Assembly (NCBI RefSeq): GCF_009914755.1 | Contig: NC_060928.1 | Strand: one strand, 5' to 3' | Length of the DNA: 64,000 bases | Source: the human T2T-CHM13v2.0 reference genome, Homo sapiens | Notes under the pieces: generated by a model | What the model was told of the DNA's origin: nothing | Databases searched by the model: none | The model's input: only the letters and a program-made list of their open reading frames with translations | In this document: positions 13,326 to 28,260 of the stretch, piece after piece | How positions within the stretch are numbered: position 1 is the first letter of the stretch | Layout of the letters: each line of letters opens with the position of its first letter | Translations under genes and position numbers: made by a program

Positions 13326-15834
13326 TGCAGAGTTAATAAGTAACTAACTGTGAGTTTTTTAAGCAGGAGAAAAGTTATTTTAACATTTCTAAATTATGCA
13401 CATTAAATATTAAATAAAGCCTGGGAAATCAGGTGTCTCTGTTTCCAGAGGGATGATACAGTTTAAACAGACTCTGCTATGTTTTTTCCCAATGTGCTTC
13501 CAGATTGGGGCCAACGAATTGCCCAGATTGGAGAAAGAGTAGTTCTGTCTTGGCGATCACCTATACTCAGGCTCTAGCTTCTTCATGAATCAGTGCCAGG
13601 TGTAGCGGTGCTTTTTGCAATGCACACATCTTTCCTATGAGGTCATTACTGATGGAAACCATCAACACCTCTGTCCCTGGGGGAGAGCAAGAAGTCAACT
13701 CCATTCAAATAAGCATTCCTCGAACTCCTGCTTAAGAAACACTCGCCAGCTCCTACCGCAGATGTTTTAGTTTGAAGGACAGGATAAAGGATGACACTGA
13801 GGGGTGAAAATCGGAACAAACCCATTACAGATGCATTGGGAAGGAAACTATGGAAGAGTTTCCATGTGTCATAATAGTATCCTTATCATCCTTCCACTTA
13901 ATTTAGTCAAGCAATAGAATAATGTTCCAAGTAGGTGCCAATCTATTCTGGGCAGATATCAAAAAGTGGTCACTTATTTCATCTCCCATAGAATAGACTT
14001 ACTAGACGGTAAAATTCCTTCTTAGCATGCTAGTGCTATATTAGTTTTCAAGGCTAGTTTATTTTGCAAGAATAATCATTGTGTAGTTCTAGATATTATT
14101 GTTGTTGCTCAATACAGACTGATGGTAAGCAAATGGATGTATAGACCAAATGGATGTATAGATTAGATAATGCAAAATGCATGGCCAATAAGAGGAGAAT
14201 TCATTATGGAAAATATGACCAAGGAACACATTTCTTTGACTATCTAGCTATCTTGATTTCTTAAGTAGGACGTTTATGATGGACCAAGGTAGCCTGCCTA
14301 AACACGGGTTTTAATAAGTCAGTATGAAAGAAACATCTGTCTTCATTCAACAAACATTTGCTGACATACTAGGAGCCATGCTCCGCCTAGGACCTAAAAT
14401 CTTATAGGACATTTCCTAATCATAAAGAGTTTAGAGTCTTGCAGAGTTGTTTGTCAAGTGATGGGTGAGAGGGTGGCTAATTGGGAAAAAGGAGTGACAA
14501 TGAAGATGAGGTATTACTTGAAGCATAGGAACAAATTATGTTCAGCTACGAAATTTCAAGAATATGAACATAATTGGAGTGTTTATGAGAAGGAAAAGGC
14601 TCATATTACTGCAAGTGATTTTCAAGAAGCTGAAAAAGAAAAGCTGGCATTTTGGAGAATGGAGACTCAGAAACCTTCAGAGGAAGCCTTTGAAGTTTTA
14701 GTGAGTGGGGTTCTGGTTGTTTCCATAGCAAGGCTCAGGGAGTTGGGTAGGTTATGAAGACAGCATCAGGAGACAGACATCTCACCCACTCCTGAAACTC
14801 AACCACTCAGAAAGGTTATAACCCACGGAAAGTCAAAAGACACTATAAGTGTTTCTGCTGGGACAGAAAACTGGACTCAAATAGGTAGAAAATATAATTC
14901 TTTCCAATTAATATTTTCAAACAACATAAGAGTAGCAAAATATCATATTCTAAGGGATGCAAGGCAAATGTGAATGGGAAGTGAGAAAGTAAGCATGAAT
15001 GCACAAGGAAGGGAGTGCTAACTCCCGTTCAAGAGAAAAGTCATACCACAGTGACAGGCCTGCTGTGCAAAAGCCCATTTAGCAAGAACAGCCCAGACCT
15101 TTCTTTCAATTTTATCAGAAGCCACTGATCCTAAAGTATCACTGGCGCCTACTGAATTTTCACCAGGGACCTAACAGAAAACATCTGTTCTCTTACTTTA
15201 AACTAAATCAATTGATTAAATCAACGTTTGCTTGCTTTCTTCTATTAGAAGCATAGCTATTTCTCTTTTTCTTCTCTCCTGACTCCTTTAGCAAGTTACT
15301 TCTGCTTATGAGTTAAAATCTGGGATAAAGGTGTGTCTCCTTCTGTGCCTACATGGGGAAAGTTACCACAGGTCAAGCTGAAATTATGTCACAAATTCAT
15401 GGATGTAAACAATTTGGTAATATTTTATATGTAAATCGAAAGCCTACATAACCACATAAAATAACCTCTAGCAGCAAATACGTGTGTGTGTACACAAAAT
15501 TCTCACTGCCTTGAGAAAACCTCAGCCATAAATATGAAACTCTTCATTTTAAATTTGGTCTTCATGTTTAAACTCCTTTTATAGTTTTTGTAAAGGAGAT
15601 TCCATGAATGATTTAGGCCTGGTTTTAGTTGAAGGTTTCGAACTTAAAATTGGAATCTTTGTTATAAAACTTCTGTGATTAGGACCCACATTGTCTTATA
15701 TATTTTTCTGAGTCAATAGGATTACCCTACTCTATTGATCACTGCCCACTAAACAACAAGATCCATATGAAGCAGGACCTCAGAAAACAAGAATACAATA
15801 GCAGCCAACTGTGCAGCATGGATGTAGTTGTCAC

Positions 15835-16110
15835 AGAACAAACTCTTATCTGGCATCTACCATGTGCCAAGCACTGTTCTAGACCCAGGGTATACATGGA
15901 GAAATGTCATAGTGATTGCCATAAAGAGTCTCACAATCTAACAGAGAAAAGAAATAAACCTCCAGTCATAATATCCTGAGATAAATGTTGTGCTGGGGGA
16001 TATATATAGTGACCCAAGATAACAGAGGCAGGGGGAATAACTCTGCCTTTAGAGAAAGCGGAGGGGGACTCAGGGAAGATTCCACAGAGGCAGTAAGATT
16101 TGAGCTGGGC
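15835..16110 (-). mobile_element. L2 fragment
   Basis: 'gcatctaccatgtgccaagcactgttctag...agagtctcacaatctaacagag...tcagggaagattccacagagg...atttgagctgggcct'. Confidence 0.6.
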
Positions 16111-18864
16111 CTCACAAAGGATAAGCTCCAATGCCCATATATTTCTCTGGCGTATTTCTAATTTCTGTAAACTTGGCAAGTTGTTTCACTGCTCTGTTCC
16201 TGAGAGTATTCATCAACTAACCGAGGGAATTAGCAGTAAGTCACATGTTTAAAAGACAAGTTGGTAAAGGGGGTGAGAGGGATGTGAAGCTGCAGTTAGG
16301 GCTAGGGTGAGAGGGATGAGAAAAACAGGAGTAAGGAGAAAATATGGAAGGATGGTATCCTTAGAAAGGAGAAAAACAAAAGAGAAACGGTTCCACATGC
16401 ATTTTACCTTTTTTTCCCTTTGCCACCTTGAATTTATAGGCAGCATCGAAATCATTGAATGGGAAAATGAAATAACATAAATAGTAATAATCCTCTTCAT
16501 CTCCATCAATTAATAGAGTATATAATAAATGTGATATTTTTAAAATGAGGGGAAAGTTATTAAGGCTCAGAAAATCGACATATTATGACAGGAAGGGGCC
16601 ATAAATATCAGGTTAGTAAACATACAAGAACAGCAACTAGAGGCCTCTAAAGAAATTAGGTGAATAACACTTAATCCATATGGTCACTGTGGGAGTTAAA
16701 TAAAATATCTATGTACAGGACAAAGAACATTGCCTGGCACCGATTTAGCATGCAGCAGATAATTATTTTTATTGTTGTCATCTGTCACCATCTGAAAATA
16801 TAGCAAATGAGAAGGGAAAGGCCCTGTCCAACCTCACAGTCATCTGTAAAGACAAACTGGAGGTGGCTAGTGAAACAGGAAGAGAACAAATGTAGAAATT
16901 TTACTGGGGCTACCTCACTATTCCTAATACCCTAAAGCAGATCCTAACTGAATATGTGACTCTAAGGAGGCTCTAGGGGTTATCCACCACCCTAAGATCT
17001 TGACCTGGCAACATCTTTCAATAGATGTCGTGATAAGATAATAAAGAACGAAAACAATTTAGAAAGAAATGTGCCGAGAAAAGTCCACAGAAGGGAAAAA
17101 TAGGAAGAAGCAAAGTGAAGAAAAACATATGAAACTTGTCAACTTTTCTACCTATGGCTATATGCTGGCCGACTGTTAGGAACATTGGTGCTAACAGGGA
17201 TAACACATCATAGTGATTCCTGCCCAGAAATAATATAAAACACAATGCAGAGGCATGCTGGCTTCATTTGCTGCAGGATCTTGGAACTAAAACAGGAGGG
17301 AAAATAGTTGTTCCCCTCCCTGGAATGTCCCCAGACTAGTCTGTGGTGAGTATACCACTGCCCTGGCACCTATCACAGGACCTTTGGTCATCTCTGCAGG
17401 GTGTGGGCTGATACTCGACATGACCACAGCTAAACATGGGGATGCACATGACAGAGGGAAAGTAAATGAAAAGGATTTTGTTTTTCACATCAGTGTCTGA
17501 GGTGAACAGGCCAGACCAAGAATGAGATACAGTATTATAATCTGACAACGAAATACAGAAAGCTCAAAACTTGGGGTGCCATCAAAGCCATGCACAGTAG
17601 GAGAGAAACTTCAGATACATAATTGATGCATGGAACTGGAAACAACCAAAAAGCTATTCCAAGTTTCTGAAAAGCAGCCAAATCACAATATCTTGAGACA
17701 TTCAGAAAGTTCCTAATGAAGCCTCATCCAAAAGCAACGTCTAAAACATGTGTTCTAGTAATTTGGTGATTTATTCAACCAGCACCTATTAGGGACCTAT
17801 CACACACCCAACGTGCTGCTCAGTTCTGACAGATGAGTTCCTGCCTTGTAGGAACTTATACTCAGGTGTAGGGGATAAGAGACACATTCCTCAGCCTTCA
17901 TGGTTTGAGTGCAGATTATATTGAGATGAAGTGATGTGGTAGGGTGCACCCCTTAGGAAAGAAAAGTTGGCATTCAGAAACAAAACAACGTAAAGGGCTA
18001 TATGCGCAGCTGAATGGCTCAAGGAAAACCACCTAGGAAAGGAAAATGTGTGTTCTCTCTGTTCTCTGCTATGTTAAATAGCCATTAGACTGTCCTCTAT
18101 TTCAAAATATTGAAACACTATAGAAAATTGCTGGGTAAATACAGAACTTGTAAAAGGAATTTGCAACCATCCACACCCCTGGAAATATGGGACTCTGTTT
18201 CCAGGTTGTGACGGTTATATAAATTATTTTCTTTCTCACTGACTTTCAGGTTCACTAGGAAATGGTGAGCTAACAGCACTAAGAATTATCTTCAGGAGAA
18301 ATAATCCTTCCTAACAGAACCTGTATACGTGTTATCTAGATAGGTACATTTGTCAGAAACTTGGGTAGAGGTTATTCTATCTCTCCTCCAAATTTAATTC
18401 TTGAATCTGATTCTCTGTTCCATTTATCTTCAAGAAAAAAAAATAAAAACCATGTGATTACAAAGGCAAAGACTTGATGAACAACGGAAATGAGATAAAA
18501 AGTATTCCTCCAGAAAGTAAAAATACCAAGAAATGGTTTTTATTCCTGTGTATTTGTACAAGCTAAACGATGGTCTAGATGAGGAGAAAGTGTCTCTAGG
18601 AAGATTGGCAACGGAATGAACTGACGTATTCTGAGAAAAATAATAGAAGATAGGCTGATGAAAGTTCAGATCCCAGCACAGGCAAAAAGTGTGGAAAGGG
18701 AGGAAATAAAGAGGCCTATGGATACTTCTAAGACAAATAGTTTTATTTTAAAACTCTAGTCAAAATACCTTGGTGCAGACAGGAAAACAACTTTTGAGAA
18801 TTACATAAATAACAAAGATTTGAAATTGGAAAAAAAAATTTACAGCACACAGACTCCCTAAAAT

Positions 18865-19181
18865 ATAATTATGTATTGCTTAACAATGGGGATACAGTCT
18901 GAGAAATGTATCATTAGGTGATTTTGTCATTGTGTGAACATCATAGAGTGTACTTACATAATCCTAGGCTATATGGTATAGCCTACTGCTCCTGGGCTAA
19001 GAGCCTGTATAGCATGCTACTGAACTGAATACTGCAGGCATCTGTAACACAGTGGTAAGTACTTGTGTATCTACACACAGAAAAGGTGCAGTAAAAACAC
19101 AGTATTATAATCTTATGGGATCCCCATCATGCATGCAGTCCCTTGTTGACCAAAACATCATTATGTGGTATGTAACTGCAT
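18865..19181 (-). mobile_element. Tigger3a/MER7-like non-autonomous DNA transposon
   Basis: 'cttaacaatggggatacagtctgagaaatgtatcattaggtgattttgtcattgtgtgaacatcatagagtgtacttaca...ttgaccaaaacatcattatgtggtatgtaactg'. Confidence 0.8.
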
Positions 19182-19936
19182 TTATAAGTTCCATATACAT
19201 ATGGTCTGTATTCAAGCTGAAAATATTACTTAAATTGTTCCTCTATAGGAAATAGAAGAAAAAAAGTCTGAAAGCCCCCTATGATAAAGTAAAAAAACAT
19301 TTTTTAAATGAGGTCAACATTTTTTGCCCCCATCAACACCCAGCATATCATCAGAATTTATATTCTTTATACTAAAATTTCTGGGAAACAATAGAATGCC
19401 ACAAGCCGGGAGATTATATTTCTTATTTGTTTTTTGGAATATGGAAATACACATGCACGTATGTGCACATGCATGTGTGCACACATGCACAACCAATTGG
19501 TAATAGGCACAGATGGTGTGGGGATGAAAGATTCTAAGCTGGATCTTTGTGGGTTTGGAGTTTGGGAAATAGCCTAAGAGATTAGGGTGGAGGTAGAAAG
19601 CTCCTCAAGGATCTTTATTCATGATTGGAATCCCAGAATTCCATGAGCCTTAAAAATCATCTAATGCAGTTATTCTAAAATCATGCTCTAAGGAAACCCA
19701 GGATGTCAAGAATATGCCTCAGTGATCTACAAACAAGTAAATGTCTGCCTTACAAACAAACAAAAAAATACCCTGTAAACTACCTAAAAATGTATTCATC
19801 ACTTTTAACTATTTTTATATTTTAATGTTCAAAATTATCCATTTAGTCCAACTGTCTCATTTGACAGGTCAAGAAACTTAGAACAATCAAATAACCTTCT
19901 CAACGTCTCAAACTAGTTAGTGTATAGTTAGGATCA

Positions 19937-20430
19937 TGTATTAGTTTGAGTTCTTCTCAAAGCAAATCTCAAGACAGACTTGGGTTCAGGTAGCTTCTTT
20001 AAGAAGTGACCCTCAGAAATCTGAAGGAGAGAATAGGGAAAGTGAGACAAGGAAGAAAAAATTCAATAAAGATATATGAATGAATGGACTACTACTGTGG
20101 CAACTAGGGCTCAGTCTTGCTGGGGAGCTACTGAGAAACCTTGTGAAGTAGGCCTCTGAATTTTCCCACCCAGGAATTGGATGACTGTGTTTCCATCCAC
20201 TATGTCCCATTCCACGTGGATAGAGGGTTGCCCTTGGCGACCTTAACTCCCCTGCACTTCTGAGCCACAGGGTAAGCTCCCAAGGCTCTAGTGAAAGCCC
20301 TCAGATGAGTAGTGGAGAGCCGCCCTACTTGAGGCAAGAATCAGCTTGCAGGAAACTATTCATCACAGATGCAGGTAAGCTCAGGTGGGCCCAGGGGCAA
20401 TGGGGCAAGGCATCCACAGCATCCATAGCA
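19937..20430 (-). mobile_element. Old ERVL-class LTR (LTR33/LTR16-like), apparently inside a MIR remnant
   Basis: 'tgtattagtttgagttcttctcaaagcaaatctcaagacag...' ending 'catccacagcatccatagca'. MIR-like sequence lies on both sides. Confidence 0.55.
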
Positions 20431-21403
20431 CTTGAACCCAGGACTTCTTACTCCCAAAGCCTTGTTTCACTGATATAACACTAAAGGAATGTGTTTATAC
20501 TGAAAAGGGTTCTATTCTTCATCAGGCACCTGCCTTCCTGATGAGCTAGTTTCAAACACACAGCAACCAAAGCCACCACTACTTTCCAGGACGCCACAGA
20601 ATAAGAGCCATTTCACATATACCTTATACAGATGAATTTACTCTATTTCAACTTCAATTGAATGCTTCTCTAAAAGAGGGATCTAGGATTTCATCAAATG
20701 AAAGGGAACTAGATGATAACAGGGATCCAGCCAGGATTTTTCTTCAAAAGGAATATTGTTCTATGACAGAGCCAAGGCAAAGACATTCTGAGAGATTCCT
20801 AAGGAGTACACGGAGCTGAAAAGCTGATGTGAGATGTGAATAAGTTTAGCCTGTGAATTGGACCTAAGGACGTAATAGAGAACATGCTGGTAAGCCACAG
20901 TTATTAGGGATGAAAAAGTAAAGTAGAAGGCAGGGTGATGAGCTGAGAAGGCCCCTAGTGATGAGAATGACACAGACAGCTGTCATTTCCTTTTCTCACT
21001 TTATTTAAGATACTGATTATTTTACCATGGTTGATGAAGATGCCAAAATATAAGCACACAGACATTTTTCAGTCCCTAACCCACTAACAATTTTGTATCT
21101 TCCCCTGCAAGATTTTGGAATACTTTTCATAATTAAAAGAAATCTTGGAAATATCTTCTATTTTCCACAGTGAATTGTTTAAAATAAGATTTGGGTTTAA
21201 GTGGGCATAATTTTTTATTAATAGTACTCTGCTGACACTTAAATATTGTAAAGGAATGAGATTCATAAGATCCTCTTCTTCAATAATCTAAATCATTTTA
21301 GGTTATGGAAGATTCTTGTATTCTTAATAAATATAGATTTATGGTACTGTTATCCCCATATATAAACTTATTTATGAATATCTGGATTCACCTGCACACC
21401 CAT

Positions 21404-21807
21404 TGATATGGTTTGGCTGTGTCCCCACCCAAATTTCAACTTGAATTGTAGCTCCCAGAATTCCCATGTGTTGTGAGAGGGACCCAGGGGTAGGGTCGCT
21501 AACGTCATAAGTGCTTTTCTTATAGAACCCCTTCTTACTGAACAATTGAATCATGGAGGCCAGTCTTTCCCATGCTATGTTCGTGATAGTGAATAAGTCT
21601 CATGAGATCTGATGGGTTTATCAGGGGTCTCCACTTTTGCTTCTTCCTCATTTTTCTCTTGCCACCACTATGTTAGGAAGTGCCTTTTGCCTCTCACCAT
21701 GATTCTGAGGCCTCTCCAGCCATGTGGAACTGTAAGTCCAATTAAACCTCTTTTCTTTCCCAGTTTCAGGTATGTCTTTATCAGCAGTGCGAAAATGGAC
21801 TGATACA
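21404..21807 (+). mobile_element. THE1 (THE1A-like) solo LTR carrying a ~50-bp foreign insert
   Basis: 'tgatatggtttggctgtgtccccacccaaat...gaaaatggactgataca'. 5-bp TSD cccat (21399-21403) / cccac (21808-21812). Confidence 0.9.
21495..21546 (+). other. 52-bp RAC1 3'UTR-derived insertion within the THE1 LTR
   Basis: Ungapped 45/52 identity to 25028-25079, including a 23-nt exact core taagtgcttttcttatagaaccc. Confidence 0.9.
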
Positions 21808-22789
21808 CCCACATAGCAAAAACTATCACAGAAGCTGCAAGGAGGAGAAATATTTACTCTATGCCAGACAATGTACCATGAAGTCTACATATTTCCTGAA
21901 TTCAAATAACTCATTGATATTATTTCCAACTCATTGAAACACATTGATCAGCAGCTTAAATATTAGAAGGCACAATGATAGACTCTACAATAGATACATA
22001 AATGGATCAGGAATAATCCATGTCCTCAAGGAAGCTATAGCCTAGTAAAAACAAAAATCACTTTAATATAAGATACAGTATGTTTTGTCATTGAAGTGTT
22101 GTAAGTAAATGGCATAGGAGTTCAACTATAAAACTTTGGTGACATGAAATGAGACCCTAATCCTGTGGTGGAGTGTGGTAAAGCCAAAAAAAATCACATA
22201 AAGCCTTGGAAAACTTGCACCTACATTCAAAATTCTCTGCAGTTGTGAATTGATAAATTTGATTTGTTCTCTGGAAGACTGCTTAAGTCCTGCCACTATT
22301 TGGCTTTACACACTTGACTTTCTGTTTACCCCTATAGTTCTATATCTTTCTTGTCTTTTAGATTTAAAAAAATAAAAATACGTTAAGGTCTGAAGAACAG
22401 GCTTGAGATAGGTCCAATTCCTTTTAGGTTCACAAATATCTCTTGTCTTCCTTAGCATAAGTCACGGAGAGCACTTATCTAAGTTTGGTGTGTTTTAGGC
22501 TAAAAAGGCACACACTCTGCACCAATAGACTGTATTCAGGAGCAGAGGTAGATAAAAATTATCTGTTTTGTTAAAGTACTACACGCCTAGAGTAATATTT
22601 ATTTTGCATTCTTCTCCCATGAAAATTTTTCCTAAAGAAATACTCCAAATAGTTCAAATGAAAGGGATTTCAAAAATGCCAATTAATCAAACTGAAAGTT
22701 TCTTAAACTTTCTGGTGGAAAACAACTAAAGAATATACACATTTGAAAATGCTTTTCATAATGGGAAAGGAAATAAAACATAAGAATTA

Positions 22790-22990
22790 ACATATAGTAT
22801 ACTAAGCATTTTTCATGCATCACTTTTTCCAATCCTTATAGCAACCCTGTGAAATAGTTACTGTTATAAGTACCATTATACAAAAAGAGAAACTGAGACT
22901 TTGAAAAAAAATAAGTCATTGGCGAATATTATGGGAAGTTGGGATTTGAGCCTAGATCTTGCTGATTGTAAGTTTGTAAACTTAACTACT
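22790..22990 (-). mobile_element. MIR SINE
   Basis: 'aatccttatagcaaccctgtgaaatag...ccattatacaaaaagagaaactgagact...gggatttgagcctagatct'. Confidence 0.7.
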
Positions 22991-23517
22991 GCTAACAGTT
23001 TCAGAATCCATTCATGTTTTCTGGTTAGTAAGCTTGAGAAATAAGACCTGTGGTAATAGATACATATGCACAATATTAATTTGTATCTCAATGAGCATGA
23101 TTGAGATTAATGATTATTAGATCAAAATATGATGCCACCTTAATCATAAACCATGTTTTGTATGGTTTAATCCACATTCATATGGAGTAATTGATCCTGA
23201 AAATTAGTAAGGCTTTATAGTAATTGTTTTTCTATAATTCCTATAGAGAGAAGGGGAAATCAGTGACAGAAAATATGTAACCTGAAATATTTTGGGGCTA
23301 TAAGAACTATTTTTCCTGTATAACTGCCAATGACTTCATGTTTATACGAAGAGTGTAAATATTCAGAAAATCCAGGGACCCACCATGATTCATTTCTTAA
23401 CCTGCAAGCACATTAATAATAGGCACCTAAAAGTTTTCCACAATGTGAATAAGAACATCTTGCAGTTACTACCTTGTATAGAGCTCACATAAACAGAAAC
23501 TGCTACTCAAATATTTT

Positions 23518-25618
<2,101 letters not shown>

Positions 25619-27315
25619 GCTGCCACTCAAATATTTTGAGCTGCTTTGTGAAGAAATGTCCAACTTAAGGTAGAATGATAATATCAAAAAGTACTAAAAA
25701 AGTAGAAGTTATTGACTACAAAAAAATATAGTAAGTTCCTTCAAAGAAAGAGTGTTGAAGCACAATGCTCAACCCTTAACAAATATGCTTTTTAAATTTA
25801 TGCTCAGCGGGGTGTGTGTGTGTGTGCGCGTGTGCCTGTGCACACACTTTCTTATTTCATTTAAGTGCGATATTCGAAATATTTAGTAACTGGCAGGGCA
25901 CAGATACCAACTAAGTTAAATAGAGCCCCCTCCTGTAACAGGAGCTCTGGAGGGCCTTGCTTTGCTAGGTGTTGACAATTTAATGTTGGAATGAAGAACA
26001 GGGAAGGTGCTGGGGGTCCTATGGAGGATGCCTGAGCCGGTTGAGCTGGAAGGGTTGGGTCAGCAAGGAGCTACTCAGGGAGTTGGAGCAGCAGCTGTTT
26101 ATAATTATTTAAATGTTTTCACCGCCAATGGGGCCACAGTGGTGAGTACCAACCAGACGTTATCAGCCGAGGCTATTGAAAAATAACATAATATACACAA
26201 ACTAATATGAATACCAGAAAAGAGCATTTTAAGCATATTTTATATTGCGAACTTTGATCAAGCAGATACCAAAAAATTAAAAAGTATTATTATAATGATG
26301 CAATTCTAACTTCATATTTGCCCATTTTTCTGCCTGCCATCAGCTTACCCTCTCCATACACAAACTAACAGGCCTTCTCAGATATATTTAGGAGAGTTGA
26401 CTAAGGACATCAAGAGCTGAGAATCAAAATTTGAACTCAAGGCCTCCCAACCTGTGGTGAAAGCAGCAAATCTCAGAAACAGGGATATATTTTCTTCTGC
26501 TGATATATCTCAATTAATTATCCAGGATTCCCCCATCCACTTCATCTCTGTCCTGTAACACTATAAAGGAGCAGTGAGTCTATTTTCTTCTCCTTCTACC
26601 TCATTCATCTACCAGTACATCCCACAAAAGCACAAATTTCTTATGGTTTTCCCCAAGTGCTGTGCGCTTAGAGAAAAGGCACATATGGCCACCTTCTTAC
26701 ACCTTCACTCACCAATCACTGGTCATGTATGTCCCTGAGTACAGATGGAGCCTACGGAGAAGGAAGGATGTTTAGTTGCACAAATGTACATCTGAAAAAA
26801 TGTAAACCATGAACACATTCATACCCAGGTAATGTTTCCAGAGAGCATAACCCTTTCCCTTCCAGTTTACTTTCAGTATTATACTCATTTCCCTTTCAGT
26901 ATTATATTACTCAGGGAATGGAATAAATAGCTTATTTTCTCTCTCATGTTTTCACTCTCTTCTTCGTGTCCTAGGGATTTGAGTTGTTTTCCTACCATTA
27001 GAGTTACCTGTTTCTAATTTTAATAATTTCATATTCTATGACTGATATATAGCAAAAGAATAAATGGAGAAGATCCAAATGTATCTCAAACAATCATGTC
27101 AGACTCTTACCAATGGCAGTATTGTCAATTGTTAAAATCAGCGACAGTTCTCAGGTTTGTTGGCTTTTTTGGAGATACAGAAACATTGATGATTAACAGC
27201 TGTGTTGATCACAATTGCTAGTATACATTAGCATTTCCACAGAACTTCCATAAAATGACTTAACAGCTTGTATGCTACAGACCTATTATACAGTACAAGA
27301 AGGAAGCACATACTC

Positions 27316-27376
27316 ATGCATGTGCACGTGTGTGCGTGCAGGCGTGTGTGTGTATGCACACACACACACACACACA
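27316..27376. repeat. Alternating purine-pyrimidine (TG/CA)n microsatellite
   Basis: catgcatgtgcacgtgtgtgcgtgcaggcgtgtgtgtgtatgcacacacacacacacaca. Confidence 0.9.
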
Positions 27377-27939
27377 AACCATTTGGGTGCAGACGGGCAG
27401 AATTGTAAATACTGCTGAAGAATTTTTTGGTTACAGGTCAAAGGAGGTCTGAGAAACCCAACCCAAACAAAATGTAATCATATGGATCATATCCTCCTCC
27501 AAAATATTAAAACATTAGGATTCTCTTTACTTGTTCCTACATGTTGGTTCTCTGATACCTTATCATGACTCAGCAAAATACCAGAATAAGGAAGCAGTCA
27601 GGGAAAACAAGAAGGTGATGAAAACTGCAGAAAGGCTTTGTGGAATTAAAAATACTTGGAGTCATGGTAGCAGGGGACAAGATTAACAGGGCATGAATCT
27701 TCCTGGATTTAACAATCCAGTCTACTATAAAGGTAATGTTTTACTGTTGCTTATAAAATGAGGACAACAATGCCTCCAAGATTATGACTGCCCAAGTTTG
27801 CAGTGAGCACAACATGCAAATGCTATCTCTGGGGTCCCTGAATGCCTGGACACATGAAGCTCTTCACTGACAGCTACTGAGCTGCTTTCGGTTTTGTTTT
27901 CTAAATTCACCGCCATTTATGGGACAGAACACATTACTG

Positions 27940-28260
27940 ACATATTATCAAAGTGACGAAAACAGAAGAAAAACAGCAACAGTAGTTGTTTCGAGGAGTC
28001 GTGAGGCTGGGACAGTTGTCGTCTGCTGGGAAGACAGATGAGTGGCCACAGGCTGCAGCACTGGACATGAAGCCAGTCTGCACAGTGCTCAGAGCGGACA
28101 GCACCGATGCGGCCGCTTGCTGTTCACTCCCCAGCTTAAACCGTAGCCTCATCGCAACAATGTCTGAATCTGCCCTTCCCGTCTCCTCTGCCAAGTTATT
28201 CTGTGCTGAGATTACCTGCTGTGTCTACCTCATTACCAGTTATTATAAATCACTGTGTAC
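27940..28260. promoter_or_regulatory. Non-repetitive, locally CpG-enriched segment; candidate promoter or enhancer
   Basis: About 10 CpGs in 200 bp against a CpG-depleted background, GCGGCCGC at 28109-28116, and a REST right half-site GGACAGCACC at 28096-28105. Confidence 0.35.
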
